From contig CAWEJK010000009.1 of NCBI GenBank assembly GCA_963809425.1, forward strand, positions 77,228-141,227: a stretch of 64,000 bases of DNA, in the 5' to 3' direction. Under the pieces are notes generated by a model that was not told the DNA's origin, made no database searches, and was given only the letters and a program-made list of their open reading frames with translations. Origin of the DNA: Thermoanaerobaculia bacterium. GTDB lineage: Bacteria > Acidobacteriota > Thermoanaerobaculia > UBA5066. A program made the translations under genes and the position numbers. Positions 35,184 through 43,429 of the stretch are shown here, in pieces. Each line of letters opens with the position of its first letter. Positions within the stretch are counted from its first letter, which is position 1.

Positions 35184-36923
35184 TCACGACGTCGACGACG
35201 CGGTCCGGGGCGATTTCGGACGCCTTCTTTCGCGGCGCGTCGAGACCTCCACGACGCCCTTCGCGAGGCCCTTGCCGCCCACGACGACCCGAAGCGGGAA
35301 GCCGATGAGGTCGATGTCCTTGAACTTCACGCCGGGGCGCTCGTCGCGGTCGTCGTAGAAGACCTCGACGCCGGCGGCCCTGAGATCCTCGTAGAGCCTG
35401 TCCGCCGCCTCGAGGACGTGCGCGTCGCGCTGCAGGACGGCGACCACGCAGGCGAAGGGCGCGAGCGGCACGGGCCAGACGATCCCGACGTCGTCGTGGT
35501 TCTGCTCGATGGCGGCCGCGACCGTGCGTCCGAGGCCGAGCCCGTAGCAGCCCATCGCGAGCGGCACCATCTTCTGGCTCTGGTCGGCGACCTCGCACTT
35601 CATCGCCTCGGAGTACTTCGTCCCGAGCTTGAAAATGTGGCCGACCTCGATGCCGCGCTTGATCCGGAGGAGGCCGCCCTTCGGGGCGGGCGACGGATCG
35701 CCGTCGCGGGCGGTCGCGACCTCCACGACTCCCTTGAACGCGGGAATGCCCATCACGTCGCGCGGGATGGAGACGTTCGAGTGATGAAGATCGTCCTTGT
35801 TCGCCCCGCACCAGACGTTGCGGCCGTGCTCGAGAGAGCGGTCGACGAAGACGAAGACGGGATTTTCTGCGAAAGGAAGAAGAGCGAGCGGCCCGACGAA
35901 GCCGGGGCGCGTCCCCGTTACCTTTCGAAGAATCTCCTCCGAAGCCAGCTTCACATGGAGCGCGCCGATCGCCTTCGGGAGCTTGACCTCGTTGATCGCG
36001 AGATCCCCGCGGATCAGGACGGCCGCAAGCCACGCCTTGCCGTCCGCGCCGACTGCCTCGTAGATCATCGTGTTGACGATGCGGTCCGGCGTCGTTCCGA
36101 GGTGCTGCGCCTGGCCCTCCGTCGTCGTGATGCCCGGTGTCGGCGCGTTCGCCTCTCCGAACGGCTTCTCGGCCTCCCCCGCCCACGGCTCGGGCAGCGG
36201 GCCCGTGACCGCCTTCTCGACGTTCGCGCCATAGTCGCCGGCATCGGCGAAGACGAGCGCGTCCTCGCCCGTCTCGGCCACGACCATGAACTCCTGCGAA
36301 GCCGAGCCGCCGATGGCGCCCGAATCGGCGTCCACGAGCGCGTACTCCAGCCCGCATCGCTCGAAGATGCGCCGGTACGCGGCGTCCATCTTCTTGTAGT
36401 GGAGGTCCAGCCCCTTCTGGTCGACGTCGAACGAGTACGCGTCCTTCATCAGGAACTCGCGGCCGCGCAGGAGCCCGAAGCGGGGGCGGATCTCGTCGCG
36501 GAACTTCGTCCGGATCTGGTAGAGGTTGAACGGCAGCTGCCGCCACGACGTGACCGAGCGCCGCACCATGTCCGTGACGGCTTCCTCGGCGGTCGGCGCG
36601 AGCGCGAACCTCCCGCCCTTGCGGTCCTCGAGGTGGAAGAGGATGCCGTCGGCCACGTAGCGGTCCCAGCGGCCCGACTCCACCCACAGCTCCTTCGGCT
36701 GGAGGATGGGCAGGTCGACCTCCATCGCGCCGGTCGCGTCCATCTCCTCGCGCACGATCTCGATCATCTTCCTGAGCGCGCGAAAACCGAACGGCGTGAA
36801 CGAATAGATGCCCGCGGCGAGCTTCTGGATCATCCCCGCCCGGTAGAGAAGCTGATGCGAGACGACCTCGGCGTCGCCGGGCACCTCGCGGAGGGTCACG
36901 AGAAACGACTGCGACCAGCGCAT
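35184..36923 (-). CDS. proS: proline--tRNA ligase (bacterial type with editing domain)
   Basis: RFGLLRGREFLMKDAYSF, IKRGIEVGHIFKLGTKYS, MGCYGLGLGRTVAAAIEQ, and an anticodon-binding tail. Confidence 0.95.
   Translation of the reverse strand: MRWSQSFLVTLREVPGDAEVVSHQLLYRAGMIQKLAAGIYSFTPFGFRALRKMIEIVREEMDATGAMEVDLPILQPKELWVESGRWDRYVADGILFHLEDRKGGRFALAPTAEEAVTDMVRRSVTSWRQLPFNLYQIRTKFRDEIRPRFGLLRGREFLMKDAYSFDVDQKGLDLHYKKMDAAYRRIFERCGLEYALVDADSGAIGGSASQEFMVVAETGEDALVFADAGDYGANVEKAVTGPLPEPWAGEAEKPFGEANAPTPGITTTEGQAQHLGTTPDRIVNTMIYEAVGADGKAWLAAVLIRGDLAINEVKLPKAIGALHVKLASEEILRKVTGTRPGFVGPLALLPFAENPVFVFVDRSLEHGRNVWCGANKDDLHHSNVSIPRDVMGIPAFKGVVEVATARDGDPSPAPKGGLLRIKRGIEVGHIFKLGTKYSEAMKCEVADQSQKMVPLAMGCYGLGLGRTVAAAIEQNHDDVGIVWPVPLAPFACVVAVLQRDAHVLEAADRLYEDLRAAGVEVFYDDRDERPGVKFKDIDLIGFPLRVVVGGKGLAKGVVEVSTRRERRRPKSPRTASSTS
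35856..35944. repeat. convergent pair of the AT-rich repeat family inside proS (35856-35886+, 35915-35944-)
   Basis: Sequences are gacgggattttctgcgaaaggaagaagagcg and ccgttacctttcgaagaatctcctccgaag. They encode LLPFAENPV and ASEEILRKVTG. Confidence 0.65.
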
Positions 36924-37013
36924 AGGCCGCGGAGATTAGCAAACGCGGACGTCGCCCCGGCGCGAGGACCGACCCGCCTCGAAGGCCGCGGGAAGAGTAA
37001 TAGACTCGCCGCC

Positions 37014-38333
37014 ATGGATGTGACGGCTTTCTTCCAGTCGCCCGAAGCGAGCGACGCCGGCCTTTCGACCCTCGCGCGCGGCGTCGTCGGTTCGGAGATC
37101 CTGCGCATCGCCGGCGAGATCCGCGCGATGCAGGCGAAGGGTCAGCCCGTATGCAACCTCACGATCGGCGACTTCGATCCGGCGTATTTCCCGATCCCGA
37201 AGGAGCTCCTCGACGGCACCCGCGCGGCTCTCGAGGCCGGGCAGACGAATTACCCGCCCGCGGAAGGCATCCTGCCGCTTCGCGAAGCCGTCGTGCGGCT
37301 GTACGAGCGGGACCTCGGACTGAAGTATCCCGTGAGCTCCGTCGTGGTCGCGGCGGGAGCCCGCCCGCTTCTGTACGGCGCCTATCGCACGCTCGTGGAC
37401 CCCGGTGACGCGGCGATCTATCCCGTCCCGACCTGGAACAACAACCACTACGCCTTCCTGTCGGGCGCCCGCGGCATTCCGGTGCCCGTCACGGCGTCTT
37501 CGAACTTCTTTCCGACGCCCGACCAGCTGCGTCCCCACCTCTCCTCGGCGCGCCTCCTCATCCTCAACTCGCCGCTCAACCCGACCGGTACCGTCATTTC
37601 CAGGGACGCCCTCACCGCGATCACGGAGCTGGTCGTGGAGGAGAACCGGCGGCGCGAACGAGCGGGCGGCAGGCCGCTCTACTTCGTATACGACCAGGTC
37701 TACTGGACGCTCACGTTCGGCAGGGCCGAGCACCACACGCCCGTGGAGGTCGTGCGGGAAAGCGCGCCGTACGTGATCTTCCTCGACGCGATCTCGAAGG
37801 CATTCTGCGCGACCGGAATGCGCGTGGGCTGGGGGGTCATGCCGCCCGCGATCCGCAAGCGCATGTCCGACATCCTCGGGCACATCGGCGCCTGGGCGCC
37901 GAAGGCGGAGCAGGTCGGCGTCGCGGCCCTGCTCGACGATCCGGCCGCCGTCGGCGCCTATCGCGCGACCGTGCGGCGGAAGCTCGCCGAGCGCCTCGAG
38001 GCCCTTTTCAACGGCGTGATGGCGATGAAGAGGGACGGTTTCCCCGTCGACGCGATCGAGCCGCAGGGCGCGATCTACCTTTCGGCGAAGTTCGACCTCT
38101 TCGGGCGCACCGTGAACGGCGTCTCCGTGAAGACGAACGAAGACGTGCGGCGCCTCCTCCTCGGGGCGGGACTGGGAGTCGTGCCTTTCCAGGCTTTCGG
38201 CCTCGCGGGCGATACGGGCTGGTTCCGCCTCTCGGCGGGCGCGGTTTCGATGGAGGAGATCGCCGACGCGTTCCCGCGGCTGAGGGCCTTTCTCTCCCAG
38301 GCTCCAGCGGTCCGGGCATCCGTCGCGCGCTGA
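37014..38333 (+). CDS. pyridoxal phosphate-dependent aminotransferase (class I/II)
   Basis: Start at MDVTAFF. Motifs NYPPAEG, LILNSPLNPTG and SKAFCATGMRVGW (PLP lysine). Confidence 0.9.
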   Translation: MDVTAFFQSPEASDAGLSTLARGVVGSEILRIAGEIRAMQAKGQPVCNLTIGDFDPAYFPIPKELLDGTRAALEAGQTNYPPAEGILPLREAVVRLYERDLGLKYPVSSVVVAAGARPLLYGAYRTLVDPGDAAIYPVPTWNNNHYAFLSGARGIPVPVTASSNFFPTPDQLRPHLSSARLLILNSPLNPTGTVISRDALTAITELVVEENRRRERAGGRPLYFVYDQVYWTLTFGRAEHHTPVEVVRESAPYVIFLDAISKAFCATGMRVGWGVMPPAIRKRMSDILGHIGAWAPKAEQVGVAALLDDPAAVGAYRATVRRKLAERLEALFNGVMAMKRDGFPVDAIEPQGAIYLSAKFDLFGRTVNGVSVKTNEDVRRLLLGAGLGVVPFQAFGLAGDTGWFRLSAGAVSMEEIADAFPRLRAFLSQAPAVRASVAR

Positions 38334-38356
38334 CCGGCGGCGCTACACTCCCCGAG

Positions 38357-39022
38357 GTGGAACAGGACAAGAGATCGGAGCGGAGCCGGACGGCCATTCT
38401 CGAGGCATCGCTGGAGCTGTTCTCGAGCCAGGGCTACCGCGGCACGAGCATCCGGGAGATCGCCGAGGCGGCAGGCGTCTCCACGGGGAACGTCTATCAC
38501 CACTTCCCCGACAAGGAGACGATCTTCCAGACGGTCCTCGGCCAGTACTGGAACGCGATCGAGAGCCCGGACTTCCCGTTCAACAAGGCCCTCGCCTCGG
38601 GGACGTTCCCGGACAACCTCGAGGAGCTCGCCGTCGCCGCGCGCGAGAGCGTCCGCCTGTGGCGGCGCCACGTCGCCCTCATCTACGTCGACGTCGTCGA
38701 GCTCTCGGGCAACCACATCCGGAAGTTCTACTCGGAGATGGCCTCGCGCTTCGAGAGGTTCCTCGTCACGCACGGCGAGTCGCTCTCGGGCGAGATCCGC
38801 CCCGGCGTGCCCGTCACGACCGCCGTCATGCTCGCGAGCCGCGTTTTCCTCCAGTACTACGCGGTCGAGATCCTCTTCGGCGTCCCGGACCAGTTCGGAA
38901 AGGACAGCGACCGCGTCGTGGGCGAGATCGCCGAGATCCTCCGACACGGGATGCTGAAGGAGAGCCGGCTCGCGTCGGCCGCGCCGCCATCGCTCGCCCG
39001 GGCCCGGCGGAAGGCCTCCTAG
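38357..39022 (+). CDS. TetR/AcrR family transcriptional regulator
   Basis: N-terminal HTH region ILEASLELFSSQGYRGTSIREIAEAAGVSTGNVYHHF. Confidence 0.9.
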   Translation: MEQDKRSERSRTAILEASLELFSSQGYRGTSIREIAEAAGVSTGNVYHHFPDKETIFQTVLGQYWNAIESPDFPFNKALASGTFPDNLEELAVAARESVRLWRRHVALIYVDVVELSGNHIRKFYSEMASRFERFLVTHGESLSGEIRPGVPVTTAVMLASRVFLQYYAVEILFGVPDQFGKDSDRVVGEIAEILRHGMLKESRLASAAPPSLARARRKAS

Positions 39023-39885
39023 GAGCGCCTCTCCGCTTCGAGAAAACGCCTCAGCCGCGGCCAGAAGACCCCGGGCTTCTCGAGGTAGACGACGTGGCCC
39101 GCCCCCGCGATCTCCTCGTACGCGGCGTGCGGGATCGCCGAGCAGATCTTGCGTTGCTGGGACGGCGGGATGGCGCGGTCCTCGGCGCCCGCGAGAACGA
39201 GGACGGGGCACGGGATCGCGGCGAAGCTCGCCGCGTTTCTCTCGAGAGCCGCGAAGAACGGGTCCTGCGCCTCGGTCAGCCTCACGAGCGCCTCGATGCG
39301 GCCCGCGTACCGGTCGTGGAAGCTCCTGCGCATCGTCTCGAGCTTCTCGCCCGCGCGCGCGACGAACTCCTCGCCGAAGATCTTCTCGTAGAGGTATCGC
39401 GTGTACAGGTCGAAGAGCGTCGGGCCGCCCGCGTAGAAGCGCAGCGAGATGTCCTGGTACATCGAGAAGAGCGTCTCATTCGTGAGGAGGATTCCCGAGA
39501 GCGTCAGAGTGCGGACGCGCGCCGGGTGGCGGCGGGCGAACTCGGCCGCGACGAATCCGCCGTACGAGACGCCGACCGCGTGCACGTTCGCGATCCCGGC
39601 CGCGTCGAGGATCGCCGAGAGAGCGTCGCCGAACGCCGAGATCGGGGCCCCGGGCGGCGCCGCGTCGTCCGAGGCGCCCTGTCCGAGGTAATCGTAGAGA
39701 AGGACGTCGCGGTCCCCCGTCAGCTCGGGGAGAAAGGAGAGCCAGCTCTTCGTCGACATCGCGAGGCCGTTGAAGAGGCACACGGTTTCGCGGCCGCCGG
39801 TCCCGTGGAGCTCCCAGTGGTAGCCGTGTCCGCCGTGGACGAGCCGCCCTTCGCGAAGAGGCACGGCGGCCGGCGGGGCGCTCAC
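39019..39885 (-). CDS. alpha/beta hydrolase
   Basis: GTG start in a GTGA overlap with the upstream stop. Nucleophile elbow GVSYGG. C-terminal GAGHVVYLEKP. Confidence 0.85.
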   Translation of the reverse strand: MSAPPAAVPLREGRLVHGGHGYHWELHGTGGRETVCLFNGLAMSTKSWLSFLPELTGDRDVLLYDYLGQGASDDAAPPGAPISAFGDALSAILDAAGIANVHAVGVSYGGFVAAEFARRHPARVRTLTLSGILLTNETLFSMYQDISLRFYAGGPTLFDLYTRYLYEKIFGEEFVARAGEKLETMRRSFHDRYAGRIEALVRLTEAQDPFFAALERNAASFAAIPCPVLVLAGAEDRAIPPSQQRKICSAIPHAAYEEIAGAGHVVYLEKPGVFWPRLRRFLEAERRS

Positions 39886-40703
39886 GCGGCCGCCGCGGCG
39901 CGCCGCACGCGCTCGAGAAAGCGCTCGGTGAGGAGGACGAACTCGTCCTCCCTCTCGACGATCAGCGCGTGACCCGAGCCCGGCACGACGACGAAGCTCG
40001 CGCCGGGAATCGCGGCCGCCACCGCCTCGGTCCGCTCGAGAGGCATCGCCGCGTCCCGGCCCGCGGCGACGACGAGGACCGGGCAGGCGATCTTCGGGAG
40101 GACGGGCCGGAGGTCGACCGTCGCGAGCGCCCCGAGGAGGCCCTCGAGCCCCAGGAACCACGCGTCCGGCAGGAGCCCGACCTGCGCGCGGCGGGCCGCG
40201 ATCTCCTCCGCGCGAGCGGCCTGCCATTCGGACGTGTACGCGAGGTGGACGATCGCGTCGTAGACCTCGGTGCGCTCCCCGCCGCGCGCCGCGGCCCGCA
40301 CGGCCTTCCCGAGTCTCGCGCCGGGCTCGCCGAGCCCTTCGTCCGCGACGTCCGTGACCGTCGCCGCGACGAGGGACGTGACGCGCTCCGGGTGGCGGGC
40401 CGCGAAAAGAAGGCCGACGTACGCGCCGAAGGACGCGGCGACGAGGTCGACCCGTCTCTCTCCGAGGGCGTCGAGGAGCGCCGCGACGTCGTCCGCGTGC
40501 TCCTCCATGGAGGCGCGCGGCTCGCCGGGCGAGAGAAGCTGGCCGCGGAAATCGCAGCGGATGACGCGGTGCCGCGCCGCAAGGCGCCGGGCGATCGGCT
40601 CCCACGCGGCGATCGACATCATTCCGCCGTTGAGGAGCAGCAGCGGGGGGCCTTCCCCGTCGACACGGTGGGTCAGGACGCCCGAAATAGGCGTCGTGCT
40701 CAC
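39882..40703 (-). CDS. alpha/beta hydrolase
   Basis: LLLLNGG, nucleophile elbow ASFGA, C-terminal GSGHALIVE. GTGA overlap with the acyl-CoA ligase stop. Confidence 0.85.
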   Translation of the reverse strand: MSTTPISGVLTHRVDGEGPPLLLLNGGMMSIAAWEPIARRLAARHRVIRCDFRGQLLSPGEPRASMEEHADDVAALLDALGERRVDLVAASFGAYVGLLFAARHPERVTSLVAATVTDVADEGLGEPGARLGKAVRAAARGGERTEVYDAIVHLAYTSEWQAARAEEIAARRAQVGLLPDAWFLGLEGLLGALATVDLRPVLPKIACPVLVVAAGRDAAMPLERTEAVAAAIPGASFVVVPGSGHALIVEREDEFVLLTERFLERVRRAAAAA

Positions 40704-41830
40704 TTCGGATCGTCCGAGGAAGAAGAAGAGGAAGATTTCCTAGAAAGGTAAGAGAGCCGGAGATCTCCCTTCACCACTTTTCCGTATGGGGTGCGCGGGA
40801 GCGAGTCCACGAAGACGAAATCGCGGGGGACCTTGTAGCGCGCGAGCCGCCCCTCGACGAACGCCGCCAGTTCGGCCTTCTCTCCCTCTCTCTCTCTTAC
40901 TTTCAAAGAAATCTTCTCTTCTCCCCTCTTTTCCTCTCGGCGAACCACGAAAGCCACGCCGACCTCGCCCCACTTCTCGTCCGGCACCCCGACGACCGCG
41001 ACGTCCTTCACTCCCGGGTGCTGGAAGAGGACCCCCTCGATCTCGGCCGGGTAGACGTTGACGCCTCCCGAAATGAGCATGTCTTTCTTGCGCCCGGCGA
41101 TCGTGAAGAAACCGTCCGCGTCCTTCTTCGCGAGGTCGCCCGTGTGGAACCAGCCCCCGGCGTCGAGCGAGGCCGCCGTGGCCTCCGGGTTCCGGTAGTA
41201 GCCCTTGCAGACGTGGGGCCCCTTGAGGAGGAGCTCGCCGACCTCGCCGACCGGCACCTCGCGCCCGTCCTCTCCCGTCAGCTTCGCCTCGGTGAACATC
41301 ATCGGCCGGCCGATCGAGCCGGCCTTCCGCACCGAGTCCGCGAGGCTCATCGCGAAACAGTTCACGCCGACCTCCGTGAGGCCGTAGCCCTGCTTGAACG
41401 CCGCGCCGCGCTTCTGCCAGGTCTCGATGATGTCGAGCGGCAGCGGCGCGCCTCCGCTGATGAAGTAGCGGACGCTCGAGAAGTCGGCCGACGCCCACGC
41501 GGGGTCCTCCTGGAGCATGCGGAAGATCGTCGGCACGCCGAGGATCACCGTGCAGCGCTCCTTGCCGATCGTCGCGAGGATCTCGGCCGGGTCGAAGCCC
41601 GCGAAGAGGACGATCGTCCCGCCCACGGCGAAGATCGGCGTCAGGAACGCGCCCAGCCCGCCCGCGTGGTAGAGCGGCGTGTAGACGGGCGACACGTCGT
41701 CCTCGCGAAGCTGCCACGAGACGACCGTGTTCACGGCGTTCCACGCGACCATCCGGTGCGGCACCATCACGCCCTTCGGCTTGCCGGTCGTGCCCGACGT
41801 GTACAGCAGGCAGTAGAGGTCTTCGGGACC
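40700..41830 (-). CDS. AMP-dependent acyl-CoA synthetase/ligase, C-terminal fragment (frame c)
   Basis: PEDLYCLLYTSGTTGKPKGVMVPH, YHAGGL, GYGLTE, WFHTGDL, and YKVPRDFVFVDSLPRTPYGKV. The first M in the track ORF is at 41770, but the frame is open to about 41830. Confidence 0.8.
   Translation of the reverse strand, partial: GPEDLYCLLYTSGTTGKPKGVMVPHRMVAWNAVNTVVSWQLREDDVSPVYTPLYHAGGLGAFLTPIFAVGGTIVLFAGFDPAEILATIGKERCTVILGVPTIFRMLQEDPAWASADFSSVRYFISGGAPLPLDIIETWQKRGAAFKQGYGLTEVGVNCFAMSLADSVRKAGSIGRPMMFTEAKLTGEDGREVPVGEVGELLLKGPHVCKGYYRNPEATAASLDAGGWFHTGDLAKKDADGFFTIAGRKKDMLISGGVNVYPAEIEGVLFQHPGVKDVAVVGVPDEKWGEVGVAFVVRREEKRGEEKISLKVREREGEKAELAAFVEGRLARYKVPRDFVFVDSLPRTPYGKVVKGDLRLSYLSRKSSSSSSSDDPK
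40716..40938. repeat. convergent pair of the AT-rich repeat family flanking the last conserved acyl-CoA ligase motif (40716-40758+, 40877-40938-)
   Basis: aagatttcctagaaaggtaagagag (40732-40756) matches the reverse complement of 40892-40915 (aagatttctttgaaagtaagagag). The copies encode the tail LSYLSRKSSSSSSSDDPK* and REEKRGEEKISLKVREREGEK. Confidence 0.8.
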
Positions 41831-42101
41831 AGGAGAAGAGGAGATTTCTGCAGCGGCGGCCGTACGGCGCCGCTGGAAGAGGAGAGAAAGAGAAGAGAAG
41901 ATTTCTGAGAAGGGGAAGAGGGCCCGCGCGCGCCTTCGGGCGGTCGCGGTTGGCGCGGCCGGCGAGCTCGCGGGCTTCGCCTTTCCGCTCTCCGACCCCT
42001 TCTAAGCACGTCCTCTTCGGACCTTCCAGATGGCGCCGAAGGAGCCTGTCGAGCGGCACGCCCTGACAGTTCCTTTCCCCTCTTAAGCAGATATTTCGCG
42101 G
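41831..42101. repeat. composite AT-rich repeat island disrupting the acyl-CoA ligase (copies at 41831-41853+, 41875-41924+, 41988-42020-, 42067-42101-)
   Basis: Direct repeats gagaagaggagatttctg and gagaagagaagatttctg flank the hairpin cagcggcggccgtacggcgccgctg (41851-41875). The inverted partners are ccccttctaagcacg and cccctcttaagcagatatttc. The gene changes frame twice in this interval. Confidence 0.75.
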
Positions 42102-42441
42102 TCTCTTCGAACCCTGCCCCATAGATCAGAGCCTTCGGCTCGGCGTCCGAAACAACACCTTCCAGCTCCCCCGCCGTCTGCCGCGTATTCAACGGGACGA
42201 GGACGACGCCCGTCTTGCCGCACGCGAAGAAGACGTCGAGGAATTCGACGCGGTTGCGGGCGAGGAGGGCCAGGCGGTCGCCCTTCTTGAGGCCGAGGCC
42301 CTCGACGAGAGCGCGGGCCGCGGCCCGCGCGCGCGCGTCCAGCTCGGCGTACGTGAAACGGCGGCCGGTCGCGACCTCGACGAGCGCCGTCTTCTCCGGC
42401 GAGAGGCGCGCGCGTTCGCCGAGGACGTCGCCCGAGATCAC
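42100..42441 (-). CDS. AMP-dependent acyl-CoA synthetase/ligase, N-terminal fragment (frame a)
   Basis: ISGDVLGERARLSPEKTALVE...TYAELDARARAAARALVEGLGLKKGDRLALLARNRVEFLDVFFACGKTGVVLVPLNTR...ALIYGAGFEET. Downstream of about 42100 the track ORF 41767..42441 is Arg/Pro-rich noise. Confidence 0.75.
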
Positions 42442-43417
42442 GGTTTCGGTACCGCGATGGGAGCGGGCGCGGGCGGGGCGATCGGAGGCGCCGACACCGT
42501 CGGCGCCGGCAGCGGGTCCTCGAGGATCCTTCAGGAGCGCCTCCGTGAACCGATCCGGCGCACTCGACTTGTGGTGCGTGGCCGCACCGCTCGATCGTCG
42601 TGAGGCGCGCGGCGGGGAGCTGCGCCGCGAGGCGTTTCGCGTAGTCGACGGAGAGGAGCATGTCCGACGCGCCCCAGAGGAGGTCCACGGGCACGTCGAA
42701 ACCCGAGAGCTTCCCGTCGAGGAGGTATGCGGGCATGCCCTTCGCCTCCGCGGCGATGCGGGCGATCGGACCCGTCGCGGCCGCGCGGATGATGTCGTCG
42801 ACGACGAAGTCCGGGATCATCGGCGCCGACGGGTCGCGGAGAGCCGCGAGCGTCCTGTCCGCCTCGGCGCGGTCCTTCGGCTGGAGCGTGAGGTCCGGCC
42901 GGTCTCCGAGGAGCGGCCCCCCGTTCACGAGAACGAGGTGTCCGACGCGATCGGCGTGCTCCTTCGCCCACACGGTCGCGATCCACGCGCCGAGCGAGTT
43001 GCCGACGAGCGTGACCTTCCCCCGCGGGATCTCCTGCATCGCGCCGTCGAATCCCGCGAGGAGCGTCGCGAAGGGGATCGGGCCGGAGGCCGGAGCGCTT
43101 TCGCCGTGCCCGGCGAGATCGACGGCGACGACGGTGAAGCTCTTTGCGAGGCGCGGCGCGACCTTCGCCCAGCCGCCGGCCTGGTCGCCCGCGCCGTGCA
43201 GAAGAACCACCGGCGCGCCGGCGCCGCCGGAGAATACGCGCTGCGGCCCCGCCGCGGAGGGCTGGAAGCGTTTCCCGAAGCCGGACGAGGCGAGCCGCCG
43301 GCGGCCGAGCCACGCGAGCGTCGCGAGCGGCCGTTTCCAGAACGTCAATCCCGCCGCCACCCCGAGGAGAAGGAGCGCGGCGGCGAGGGCGAGGACGATC
43401 CTTGCGGCGCGAGACAC
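42442..43417 (-). CDS. alpha/beta hydrolase with N-terminal membrane anchor; 3' end uncertain
   Basis: VVLLHGAGD, nucleophile elbow GNSLGA, CGHAPQVEC. The expected tail (P)DRFTEALLKD is in the next frame from about 42560. The track ORF continues to 42083 as a shadow frame. Confidence 0.7.
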
Positions 43418-43429
43418 GGTCCGCGAAGC

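Noticed and set aside
40716-40938. Paired inverted copies as intragenic invertons (site-specific inversion of the enclosed segment).
   Set aside because: Inversion would destroy essential conserved motifs, such as the acyl-CoA ligase YKVP...GKV segment, the proS PG..GP region and the mutY C-domain strands. No invertase is nearby. It cannot be fully excluded without read-orientation analysis.
40716-42101. The repeated motifs as a CRISPR array.
   Set aside because: Copies are degenerate, occur in both orientations and are irregularly spaced. They lie inside conserved coding sequence, and no cas genes are present.
42438-42600. An in-frame fusion of the upstream alpha/beta hydrolase to the acyl-CoA ligase. 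After the inferred frame correction, no stop codon lies between ...RFTEALLKDP... and the ligase GTG at 42441.
   Set aside because: A stop-free run of about 100 nt is unremarkable at this GC content. The linker is low-complexity and the hydrolase frame break itself is unverified, so I treat this as an unresolved 3' end rather than a fusion.
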